A DNA stretch of 41,426 bases, taken from positions 1 to 41,426 of the forward strand of contig JBDRCO010000084.1 in the NCBI GenBank assembly GCA_043821645.1, given 5' to 3'. Within the stretch, counting starts at the first letter, position 1, and each line of letters starts with the position of its first letter. Below are positions 1 through 8,480 of the stretch, in pieces. Source of the stretch: Pseudomonadota bacterium (lineage in GTDB: Bacteria; Myxococcota; JACRCW01; JAFGSX01). The notes below the pieces were generated by a model, which searched no databases, was not told where the DNA came from, and worked only from the letters and a program-made list of their open reading frames with translations. The position numbers and the translations under genes are program-made.

Positions 1-456
1 GAGCACGTATCGATGGCTGAGGAGACGCTCTCGACGACGACACCGGGGATCCGCTGAACAAGTTTGGAGGTCAGGCCGGGGAGACACAGAACACAACGAT
101 AGCCCGGGCGAGGTCAGGCTGTGCTTGACATGGCAGGCCGCTATATCGATGGAACCTTTTTGACGCCGCGATAGGCCAGCACCCGATCTTCTGAATGGGC
201 CCGGCTCTATCGTCGGGTGGAGGTCCCGTGTTGCGCGTTGTTCCTGTGCTGGCAGGCGAAAAGTGCTCCCTGGTGCTGACAGGATCGCGACGTCGACATA
301 ACGTACATGCGAGGTGGCGCGACCACCACGGGGCAGGCTCGCGACCGGGACCGGGACCGGCGACGGGAAAGCGCTGCGAGCTGCGGCCACAACCAGCGCC
401 ACCATCGTTCAACCCGCCCTTCGACCAGGGGCACAGACCCACCCAAGGAGCTCACC

Positions 457-840
<384 letters not shown>

Positions 841-868
841 CGGCTGGTCTGCCGAAGGGAGCTCGCGC

Positions 869-1414
869 ATGGCCCGGACCCCGACCATTCACCAATTCAA
901 GGTGGAGCTCTCCCACGTCGATCGCAGCATCTACCAGCCGCTCGAGCTGCGTGTGGCCTGTCACCCGTCCGAGTCGCCGGCCTACCTGATCACGCGCGTG
1001 CTGGCCTACTGCTACTTCTTCGAGGAGGGCCTTGCCTTTTCGAAGGGAGGCCTAGCAGATCCCGAGGAGCCGGCGCTGGCCATCAAGGGACTCGATGGCG
1101 CCTGGCAGGCCTGGATAGAGATAGGCAATCCCTCGGCCGAGCGCCTGCACAAGGCGAGCAAGCGCTGTCCACGCGTGGCCGTGGTGACCCACAAGACCCC
1201 GAAGCTGCTCCTCGACGAGCTGGCCACGCGCAGCATCCATCGCCAGGAGGCGCTGGAGCTGTATTCCCTGGACGGCACCCTTGTGCGGACGCTGGAGCCC
1301 GAGGTGGAGCGAAGCAACCGCTGGGACGTGACCTTCAGCGACGAGCAGCTGTTCGTGGTGGTCGGAGCGCAGACCCACAGCGGGACCTTGCAGCGGCTGG
1401 CGTTGAGCCTCTAG
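869..1414 (+). CDS. yaeQ: YaeQ family protein (181 aa)
   Basis: Hallmarks ELSHVDR, ACHPSES..L..RVLAYC, FSKGGL..PEEPAL, WIEIGNPSAERLHKAS. ATG 869 follows AAGGGAG. Confidence 0.9.
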   Translation: MARTPTIHQFKVELSHVDRSIYQPLELRVACHPSESPAYLITRVLAYCYFFEEGLAFSKGGLADPEEPALAIKGLDGAWQAWIEIGNPSAERLHKASKRCPRVAVVTHKTPKLLLDELATRSIHRQEALELYSLDGTLVRTLEPEVERSNRWDVTFSDEQLFVVVGAQTHSGTLQRLALSL

Positions 1415-1462
1415 GCCGAGGCCGTCGCCAGGTGCAGGGCCCATCCCGCGGAGAGTTCGCAC

Positions 1463-2113
1463 ATGAAAACAGCGTGGTTAGCCGGTGCAAGCGGGATGGT
1501 GGGGCAGCAGCTGCTGCAGCAGATGCTCGACGACAGCGCGCTGTCGGTCGTGGCACTCGGGCGACGACGGGTCGAGCGCACACACGAGAGGCTACTGCAG
1601 GTGCAACTCGACTTCACGGACGCCACCGCGTTCGATGCGCTGCCCGCACCGGACCTCGCGCTGTGCAGCCTGGGCACGACCCGCAAGAAGGCCGGGTCGG
1701 CAGTGGCGTTCCGGGCCGTGGACTTTGACGCCGTGCGGACTTTTGCGCAGGCCGCGCGCAGGCGCGGTGCACTGACTTTCTTGCACGTGAGCTCGATAGG
1801 CGCCAATCCCCGTTCGCGCACTTTGTACACCGCGGTCAAGGGGGAGATCGAGGAGGCGGTCGCAGGGCTCGGCTTCGACAGCTGCTACGCTTTCAGGCCC
1901 TCTATCCTCGACGGCAGGCGCGCCGAAAGTCGCCCGCTCGAGCACCTCGGGTTGATGATCACGCGCGTGCTGGCCCCAGTGCTCGGCCCCTACCGGCCGA
2001 CGCCGGCGACCGCGGTCGCGCAGGCCATGCTGGCAGCAGCCCGGGAGCCCCGCCCTGGCGCTCACATCGTCGAGGCCGGGACGATCCTCGCAGCTTCAGG
2101 CGCTGCTTTGTGA
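1463..2113 (+). CDS. NAD(P)-binding Rossmann oxidoreductase (YraR/TIP30-like atypical SDR)
   Basis: GASGMVG, CSLGTTRKKAGS..AFRAVDFD, VSSIGA, Y..VKGEIE and RPSILDG.R motifs. Confidence 0.88.
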   Translation: MKTAWLAGASGMVGQQLLQQMLDDSALSVVALGRRRVERTHERLLQVQLDFTDATAFDALPAPDLALCSLGTTRKKAGSAVAFRAVDFDAVRTFAQAARRRGALTFLHVSSIGANPRSRTLYTAVKGEIEEAVAGLGFDSCYAFRPSILDGRRAESRPLEHLGLMITRVLAPVLGPYRPTPATAVAQAMLAAAREPRPGAHIVEAGTILAASGAAL

Positions 2114-2126
2114 GGTAGGGGTCCCC

Positions 2127-2171
2127 AAAACAGGTGCCGCCGAAAACAGATCCCTGGCACCTTTCATCGGG
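2127..2171. repeat. Intergenic palindromic repeat, copy 1 (AGGTGCC...GGCACCT; CCTGGCACCTTTCATCGGG)
   Basis: Inverted repeat AGGTGCC (2132-2138) / GGCACCT (2156-2162). Segment 2153-2171 matches 8429-8447 at 18/19 nt. Confidence 0.6.
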
Positions 2172-2353
2172 CTCGACGTGTTAGCCACCTTCAATCCACA
2201 ATCGTTCCCGGTCGGTTCCTTTTTCGCTCTGCCTCGAGCACCTCACGTCAGGTCGCTTGCACGCCCACGACGCCGTCGGATTGGAACCGGTCGCCTTCCA
2301 CCATCACCCACGTTTCCGTCTGCTAGTATCGAAACAGCGAGAGAGGAGGGCCC

Positions 2354-2884
2354 ATGCGATCGTACAGCGTTTTGTGGCTGCTCACCGTGGGGGCCTGCGC
2401 AGCTCCGGTCGTGGTGCCCGTGTCGTCGAGGAACGCCCCCGCGAGGCCATCGGTCGCCGCCCCCACTGTCGCAACCTGCCAGCTCGCGCTCGAGGTGAGT
2501 GGGGTCGAGTTTGCGCCCGCGGAATGCACGGTCTACGCGTTCCTCCCAGGCGAACCATGCGGACCCAACAGGGGGTGCCCGCTCGAGTACTCGATCCGCT
2601 TGAAGGATCCAGCACCCGGTCACCCGCGCGAGGTGGGCCTCTACAAGTTCCGGGACCTCCGGGATGGAACTGCCGTGGTACAGGCCCTGTCGGGCCGCAA
2701 GGAGTTCAGCGGGGTGATCGTCGCCAAGGACGGCATCAGCCGCAACCTGCAGCAGGGCGACGTCTCCTTCCAAGCGACCGGCGTTCCCGACCAGGTGAAG
2801 GTCACCTTCGACTTGTTCTTTCCGGCTGACATCCGGATCCGGGGCTCGGGTGTCCTTCCTGTCAAGCACGTCGCCGGCGCCTGA
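2354..2884 (+). CDS. Hypothetical lipoprotein
   Basis: RBS GAGGAGG, lipobox-like LTVGAC, GC3-biased codons. Possible extended -10 TGCTAGTAT at 2321-2329. Confidence 0.7.
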   Translation: MRSYSVLWLLTVGACAAPVVVPVSSRNAPARPSVAAPTVATCQLALEVSGVEFAPAECTVYAFLPGEPCGPNRGCPLEYSIRLKDPAPGHPREVGLYKFRDLRDGTAVVQALSGRKEFSGVIVAKDGISRNLQQGDVSFQATGVPDQVKVTFDLFFPADIRIRGSGVLPVKHVAGA

Positions 2885-3026
2885 AGGCCCGAGGGACACA
2901 GGCCTCCTCGAACAAACTCCAGCGCGCCTGCAATGGGGAATCCTTCGTGGGTCCAGCACGGCCCACCGCGGAGCCCATGGCCGGTTGACGTCGATGGGTG
3001 GAGTAGGTGGGACGCAGTGACCGTAT

Positions 3027-3392
3027 CTACTCCTCCGCAACGCCTGGCACCGGGTCCAGTCTTGGTTGTTCGCCAAAGGACTCGCAGGCGGCGCAGGGCG
3101 CACAGGTGATCTGACCGTTGACGCAGCCGCAGGGGCAGGGCGGGCAGCCGAAAGTTCGCATGTGCTCGTCGGGGCTCAGGGCCGACTGTTGCTCGCGTTC
3201 GAACTGCGCGCAGACGTCGACAGGCTGCAGGGGGCTGCGGGGTTTCGTTACGACGGTGGCGTCGGTGCTCGTGACACCTCGTGCTCGAGCGTCAGCATGT
3301 CGGTTTGCGCTGTCACCGGCATTCGGGGTCGTCGCACAGGCCAGCACAGTCGACAGCAGCAGCACAACGCTCATTCGTGTCATGCGCTCCAT
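3027..3392 (-). CDS. Small lipoprotein with a Cys-dense C-terminal motif (CPPCPCGCVNGQITCAPCAAC)
   Basis: Lipobox VLAC after a hydrophobic stretch. Exact start (one of three Met) uncertain. Confidence 0.65.
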   Translation of the reverse strand: MERMTRMSVVLLLSTVLACATTPNAGDSANRHADARARGVTSTDATVVTKPRSPLQPVDVCAQFEREQQSALSPDEHMRTFGCPPCPCGCVNGQITCAPCAACESFGEQPRLDPVPGVAEE

Positions 3393-3577
3393 GGTCCCTC
3401 TCGCGCCTGCCGATGTCTAGCCGGGGCCCCGTGCCGGCGGGTGGCCGCTATTCGGTGCCGAGGAGAACCCACAGACCTGGAGCGGGCGCTTCGCGATCCA
3501 GGTGTTCGGCCCTGCCTGCTTGCACAGGGCGCCCCCCGGCCTTGGCAGGCCGCGCGACCCATGCCAGCATCGGGTCC

Positions 3578-4042
3578 ATGACCGCTTCTTCGAGGCTCGG
3601 CAGGCTGCTTCCCTACCTCCCTGGCCCCATCCTGCTGATCCTGGCTGGGACCGGAACCTGGATCGCGCTGACCGGGCGCTGCGATGACGGTGGCGATCCG
3701 CGCGCCCAGCACGTCAGCGCCTTCATGCACGCACTGGAGCAGGGCTCTTTCGAGGCCGCCTACCAGCACACCACGCCCGACCTGCGCCGTCGGATGACAC
3801 GGCAGGGTTTCGAGAGCACGGTCCTGCAACACGCGGTGCTGCGAAGCTTTGACGGTGGCGAGCTGAGGTTTGTAATCCAGGGCCCCAGGAGCCTGAGCGC
3901 GGTGTCGTCGGGTCACCTGCGCACCGCGGGCGGCGACATCCCGGTCGAGGTGCTGCTCGAACGCTCAGCAACCGGCGACTACCTCGTCGACGACGTCGCG
4001 GTAAGGGGTGCCAGGGTCTTTGCCGTCGCCGTCGACCCATGA
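3578..4042 (+). CDS. Membrane-anchored hypothetical protein, NTF2-like (DUF4864/DUF3887-like) (154 aa)
   Basis: N-terminal TM helix, then F..ALEQGSFEAAY....PDLR....F pattern. Start reassigned within ORF 3281..4042. Confidence 0.6.
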   Translation: MTASSRLGRLLPYLPGPILLILAGTGTWIALTGRCDDGGDPRAQHVSAFMHALEQGSFEAAYQHTTPDLRRRMTRQGFESTVLQHAVLRSFDGGELRFVIQGPRSLSAVSSGHLRTAGGDIPVEVLLERSATGDYLVDDVAVRGARVFAVAVDP

Positions 4043-4076
4043 CTTTTTGCATGTGAGTGGAGCCGGTCCGACCCGA

Positions 4077-4871
4077 TCAGCCATTCACTCCAAACACCTC
4101 GTCGAAGAAAGCGTTCATCATGGTGAACGCCCGCCTGGCGGCCAGCGGGTTGTACTGCGCCGTGCCGGCAGCGCTGGCGGCGGGGTCGGTGAAGCTGTGC
4201 ACCGCGCCGCCCAGCTTGACCAGTTGCCAGTCCACCCCCGCGCCCCGCATCTCGTCTTCGAAGCCCTGCACCTCGGCGGCGGGTACGTAGGGATCGTCGG
4301 CGCCGTGCAGGGCCAGCACCTTGCCGCGGATGGCCTTCGCATCCGCCGGGGTCGGCGACGACAGCGTGCCGTGAAAAGTGACGGTGCCAGCGACGTTGGC
4401 GCCACTGCGGGCCAGCTCCAGTGCGCCCGCGCCGCCGAAGCAGAAGCCGATGGCGCCGACCTTGCCTGGATCCAGTGGAGCCTTGCCCGCCTGCGCCAGC
4501 AGCACCTCGAGCGCCTTGTTCACGCGCTGCCTCAACAGCTGTCGGTCTGCCTTGAGCGCGCCCGCAGCCTTGCCCGCGGTCTCGGCTGTGGTGGGCCGCT
4601 GGGCCTTGCCGTAGACGTCGGCGACCAGGATCACGTACCGCGTGCCAGCGATGGCCGCGGCCTGCGCCACGTTGGCGTCGGTGACCCCCATCCAGTTGGG
4701 CACCAGTATCAGACCTGGCCGCGGGGTCTTTCTGGTGTCGTCGTACACCAGTACCCCTTCAAAGGAGGTCGCACCGATCTTCCAGACGACGGGTGTCTTC
4801 ACGGTCGCTGCGAGAGAGGGCATGGTGGGCACCAGGCTGGCGATGAGGGTGACGGCGTGCAGAGTTTTCAT
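4077..4871 (-). CDS. Dienelactone hydrolase family protein with signal peptide
   Basis: Nucleophile motif GFCFGG, HGADDP (Asp), AVHSFT (His). N-terminal Sec signal. Confidence 0.92.
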   Translation of the reverse strand: MKTLHAVTLIASLVPTMPSLAATVKTPVVWKIGATSFEGVLVYDDTRKTPRPGLILVPNWMGVTDANVAQAAAIAGTRYVILVADVYGKAQRPTTAETAGKAAGALKADRQLLRQRVNKALEVLLAQAGKAPLDPGKVGAIGFCFGGAGALELARSGANVAGTVTFHGTLSSPTPADAKAIRGKVLALHGADDPYVPAAEVQGFEDEMRGAGVDWQLVKLGGAVHSFTDPAASAAGTAQYNPLAARRAFTMMNAFFDEVFGVNG

Positions 4872-5101
4872 GAGCGTCTAGCTAGCGATGGCGGGGCATT
4901 GATCAAGCAGAAGCAGCGGTTCTGACCCGGGAACTCGCTCTGCGCGCGCTGGTGACCGAGAGGCCACAGGAACACGCTGCGTAAGAAAACCTTTCTGCGG
5001 GCCAGCCCTGTGCGCGCCAGCAGCAGGTTGAGCACAGAGGCGCAAGGATCCGCCCTGCGTGCCGAACCACCCGCGTTCAGGGTGGACCATCCGGCCCCCG
5101 C

Positions 5102-5164
5102 GAAAAAAGTGGCAGGCACCTTTCGGGAGAGGCCTCGATTTCAGGACGGGTGACTGGCACTTTC
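5102..5164. repeat. Intergenic palindromic repeat, copies 2 and 3 (AAAGTGGCAGGCACCTTTC; GGGTGACTGGCACTTTC)
   Basis: Degenerate matches to AAAGGTGCCWGGCACCTTT at 5102-5124 and 5148-5164. Confidence 0.5.
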
Positions 5165-5282
5165 CTGCATCAGCGCCGCGCTGGAGATCCGTTCACTCCA
5201 TCAGGCTCTATGCCTGGCATATCAACCGCCGGTTTGCCATTGCCCGCGCGATGGCGTAGCAGTCAGGCCGTTGAGGTGACGC

Positions 5283-6881
5283 GTGAACGAGGGCAGACCC
5301 CGCACGACGATGGCTCCGCGGCCTTCGGCCCGCCAGCTGCTGAACCGCATCCTGGACCAACCCGGGCTGTGCGCCGCAGTACAGGGCCTGCCGCCGAGCG
5401 CGCTGGCCAGGCTGATCGACCACATCGGCCTGGAGGATTCGGGCGAGCTGATCGCGCTGGCCACCACCGAGCAGCTCAAGAAGGTGTTCGACGAGGATCT
5501 CTGGAAGAGCGACCGACCAGGCCAGGACGAGACTTTTGACGTTGACCGCTTCATGGTCTGGCTCGAGATCCTGCTCGAGGCCGGCGAGCAGTTCGCTGCA
5601 CACAAGGTCGCTGAGCTGTCCGCGGACCTGTTCACCGTCGCGGTGCACCGACACGCGCTGGTTCTCGACCTCGACGAGGTTCCCGAGGAGATGACCGATC
5701 GCAGCGAGGACTTCCTGGTCGACAAGGCGCTCGACAGTTGCCTCTCGTTCGAGTTTGGCGAGTACCAGCTGGTGTCGCGCACGCACGACGGTTGGGATGC
5801 GCTGATCACGGTGCTGGCCGCTCTGGACAAGGAACATCACGACGTGCTGCAGCGGACGCTGGTGCGCTGCTGCCACATGTCGTCCGAGGTCATCGAGGAG
5901 AGCGGCGGTCTGCTGCGCGTACTCAAGCAGGACGAGATGCTCGAGCAGGACGCGGCCGCCGAGCGCGAGGACAGGCGCAGCGAACACGGCTACATCGCGC
6001 CGTCGACGGCAGCCAGCTTCCTGGCACTGGCCCGGGTCACGCCACTCGACCAGATCCTGGCGCAGACCGTTGATCCGGTGGCGCGCGCCTCTTTTCGCGC
6101 GTTCGACACCGCGGCGTCGGTCCGGGCGCGAACACAGGCCAATGCTCCGCACGCTGCGAGCCAGCAGGCGCCCCAGGGTCGCGACACCGCCCGGCTGGTT
6201 GAGGTGTTGCAGCAGGCCCAGGTGCTGCCTTCCGACCGCCGTTCGTTGCTGCTTCAGGGCGACAGGACCGACACCCCAGACCTCGACGCACCGTTTCGAG
6301 CGGTGCTGCACGATCAGCTCGATCGCGATGCGAAACAGTACGACAGGACGGTCGAGGAACTGGCCTTCGTGTCCAACGCGCTGGTCGCTGGGTGCAGCTT
6401 CGCCGAGCGCAGCCTGCGACCGCTGGAGGCCGCCGAGGCCGTGATGGCCGTGTGCAACCTCGGGCTCGAGCACCTGGGAGCCCAGGCCCTGATACAGCAC
6501 AGCGCGATCACGGTGTTCAAGGTGGGCTGGCATCTGCTGTACGAAAACGTGGTGCTCGCCAGCAGCCGCGCCCTGGCCGGTGCGCTGGCCAAAAAGATCA
6601 AGAGCGTCAAGAACAAGGAGGCCATCCGCCAGCTCAAACAGGTCGAGCAGGCGATGCTCGCGGCGATCCAGCGCGGCAAGCCCTGGCAGGCGCGCGGGCG
6701 CATCGAAGCGCACGAGTTTCTGTTCGAGGAGCCCGGCAAGAGCATGCTGCTGGCGCTGCTCGACGAGCTGCCGACCCTGACCGGCGACCTCGCCACCGGT
6801 CCCCACCTCGGTCGCGCGCACGCCTACATCGCCACCGGTGCGCAGGTGCAGCGCGTGCAGGCCTTCCTGAAAAGTCTCTAG
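5283..6881 (+). CDS. DUF6178-like protein (532 aa)
   Basis: LI..IGLEDSGELIALAT.EQL...FDEDLW, F...RF..WLE.L.EAG and RE.RR...GYI....A..FL motifs. Start uncertain (GTG 5283 or a downstream ATG). Confidence 0.75.
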   Translation: MNEGRPRTTMAPRPSARQLLNRILDQPGLCAAVQGLPPSALARLIDHIGLEDSGELIALATTEQLKKVFDEDLWKSDRPGQDETFDVDRFMVWLEILLEAGEQFAAHKVAELSADLFTVAVHRHALVLDLDEVPEEMTDRSEDFLVDKALDSCLSFEFGEYQLVSRTHDGWDALITVLAALDKEHHDVLQRTLVRCCHMSSEVIEESGGLLRVLKQDEMLEQDAAAEREDRRSEHGYIAPSTAASFLALARVTPLDQILAQTVDPVARASFRAFDTAASVRARTQANAPHAASQQAPQGRDTARLVEVLQQAQVLPSDRRSLLLQGDRTDTPDLDAPFRAVLHDQLDRDAKQYDRTVEELAFVSNALVAGCSFAERSLRPLEAAEAVMAVCNLGLEHLGAQALIQHSAITVFKVGWHLLYENVVLASSRALAGALAKKIKSVKNKEAIRQLKQVEQAMLAAIQRGKPWQARGRIEAHEFLFEEPGKSMLLALLDELPTLTGDLATGPHLGRAHAYIATGAQVQRVQAFLKSL

Positions 6882-7024
6882 TGGTCCACTCGGGGTCTGC
6901 GGGATGGACTCTGATGCGCTCGGCTTCGACGAGAGAAAGGCTGCCTGTTTGTGCCGCATGGCACCTTGTGCGGGTCACCGGCAGTCCTGGCCCTACCGAC
7001 ACGCGCCCGGTTCTCGATGATTGG

Positions 7025-7248
7025 TGCTATCTTGTTGCCGTGGATGGGGCAGCGAACCCCACCCAGAGGTTGGATGAGCACCCAGGTTCTCCATATGGAT
7101 CTTGCGTGAGGAAGCGCGTGCGCCGCAGGCCTTGATCGCCACGACGCAGCTCCCTTCACCCTGATTCCTGTCCGCGTGCCCCACTTTGGCGTGCTGCGCA
7201 TGCGGCTGTGTGCGCGAGCCTGGGGCCGCGCACCTGGAGGACGTCATC
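7025..7248 (+). promoter_or_regulatory. Candidate promoter and uORF-containing leader of rsgA
   Basis: Extended -10 TGCTATCTT (7025-7033). uORFs 7074-7109 and 7102-7164. CCTTCA (7153-7158) is complementary to the SD-containing TGGAGG (7235-7240). Hairpin 7210-7233. Confidence 0.4.
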
Positions 7249-8325
7249 ATGTACGAGCTCTCCGCTCTGGGCTTCGACCCTTTCTTTGCACAGCAACTCC
7301 AGCACTCGGCGGGTCGCGGGGGCGTGCCCGCACGCATCGCGGCCGACCACCGCGGCGCGTACGAGGTGTGGTCCCAGGATGGCGCCGGCCCGGCGCAGCT
7401 TGCCGGGCGCCTTCGCCAGGAGCTCGAGGAAGTCGGCGTGCCCGGAGTCGGCGACTGGGTCGTTCTCAAGCAAGCGCCAGGGACGGACCGCACGACCATC
7501 ATCGAGCGCGTGCTGGCGAGGCGCACGGTCTTCACCCGGGGAGCCGCGGGCCGCGAGCTCCGTGCTCAGGTGGTCGCCGCCAACGTCGATCTCGTGTTCG
7601 CCGTCTGCGGTCTCGACGCGGACTTCAACCTGCGCCGGATCGAGCGTTACCTGGCCCGCATCTGGGCGAGCGGCGCCCAGCCGTCGGTGATCCTCAACAA
7701 GGCCGACCTCTGCGACGACACCGCAGCACGGGTTGCCGAGGTCGAGAGCCACGCCATCGGCGTGCCGGTCCACGTGATCAGTGCGCTCCACGCCGAGGGC
7801 ATCGAGGCGCTGCGTGCCTGCATCCATGACGGCATGACCGTGGCGCTGGTCGGCTCGTCCGGGGCGGGCAAGTCGACGCTGGTCAATGCGCTGCTTGGCG
7901 AGGAGCGGATGCCCACCGGCGAGGTTCGTGCCAGCGATGGCCGGGGCTGCCACGTCACGACCCATCGCCAGCTCGTCCTGCTCCCGGGCGGCGGCATGCT
8001 CCTCGACACGCCGGGCATGCGCGAGCTGCAACTTGTCGACGACGAGGGCCTGGACACCGTGTTCGAGGACATCGTCGCCCTGGCGGCGCACTGCCGCTTT
8101 CGCGACTGTCGCCATGACGGCGAGCCGGGCTGCGCGGTACAGCACGCGGTCACGACGGGCGAACTCGCGCCCGACCGCCTGCAGCACTACCAGAAGCTTG
8201 AGCAGGAAGCCCAGGCCTACGCACTTCGTCACGACCCGCGGAAGCGAAGGCAGGCCGAGAGGGTATGGGGCCAGCTGTCCGACGAGGTGGCGCGCTTGCG
8301 ACACTGGAAGGGGGGCAAGCCCTAG
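7249..8325 (+). CDS. rsgA: Ribosome small subunit-dependent GTPase A (RsgA/CpgA family, 358 aa)
   Basis: Circularly permuted GTPase order NKAD, GSSGAGKST, DTPG. Zn site CRFRDCRHDGEPGC; OB-fold VGDWV. ATG 7249 follows GGAGG. Confidence 0.95.
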   Translation: MYELSALGFDPFFAQQLQHSAGRGGVPARIAADHRGAYEVWSQDGAGPAQLAGRLRQELEEVGVPGVGDWVVLKQAPGTDRTTIIERVLARRTVFTRGAAGRELRAQVVAANVDLVFAVCGLDADFNLRRIERYLARIWASGAQPSVILNKADLCDDTAARVAEVESHAIGVPVHVISALHAEGIEALRACIHDGMTVALVGSSGAGKSTLVNALLGEERMPTGEVRASDGRGCHVTTHRQLVLLPGGGMLLDTPGMRELQLVDDEGLDTVFEDIVALAAHCRFRDCRHDGEPGCAVQHAVTTGELAPDRLQHYQKLEQEAQAYALRHDPRKRRQAERVWGQLSDEVARLRHWKGGKP

Positions 8326-8384
8326 CGCGGGTTTGCCGGCGCCAAGGATGGAGCACGGCGTTGGATGGCTGGTCCATCTCATCA

Positions 8385-8447
8385 CAACCGGGAACTGAGA
8401 ACCTGGCACCAGGAACTCGTTCCAGGCGCCTGGCAACTTTCATCGGG
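8385..8447. repeat. Five degenerate tandem heptamers plus palindromic repeat copy 4
   Basis: CAACCGG GAACTGA GAACCTG GCACCAG GAACTCG (8385-8419), then AGGCGCCTGGCAACTTTCATCGGG (8424-8447). Confidence 0.55.
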
Positions 8448-8480
8448 GGCTTTGTTCGCACTGGCAGGTGCACAGCCCGA

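Noticed and set aside
125-153. Sigma70 promoter at the perfect TTGACA
   Set aside because: No acceptable -10 hexamer at 16-18 nt spacing.
2113-4076. Integron cassette array of small hypothetical genes
   Set aside because: Genes are in mixed orientation, no RYYYAAC...GTTRRRY attC pairs were found and there is no integrase.
5155-5169. Sigma54 promoter TGGCAC...TGCA
   Set aside because: The GG-to-GC spacing is 9 nt rather than the required 10, and the sequence is better explained as a palindromic repeat copy.
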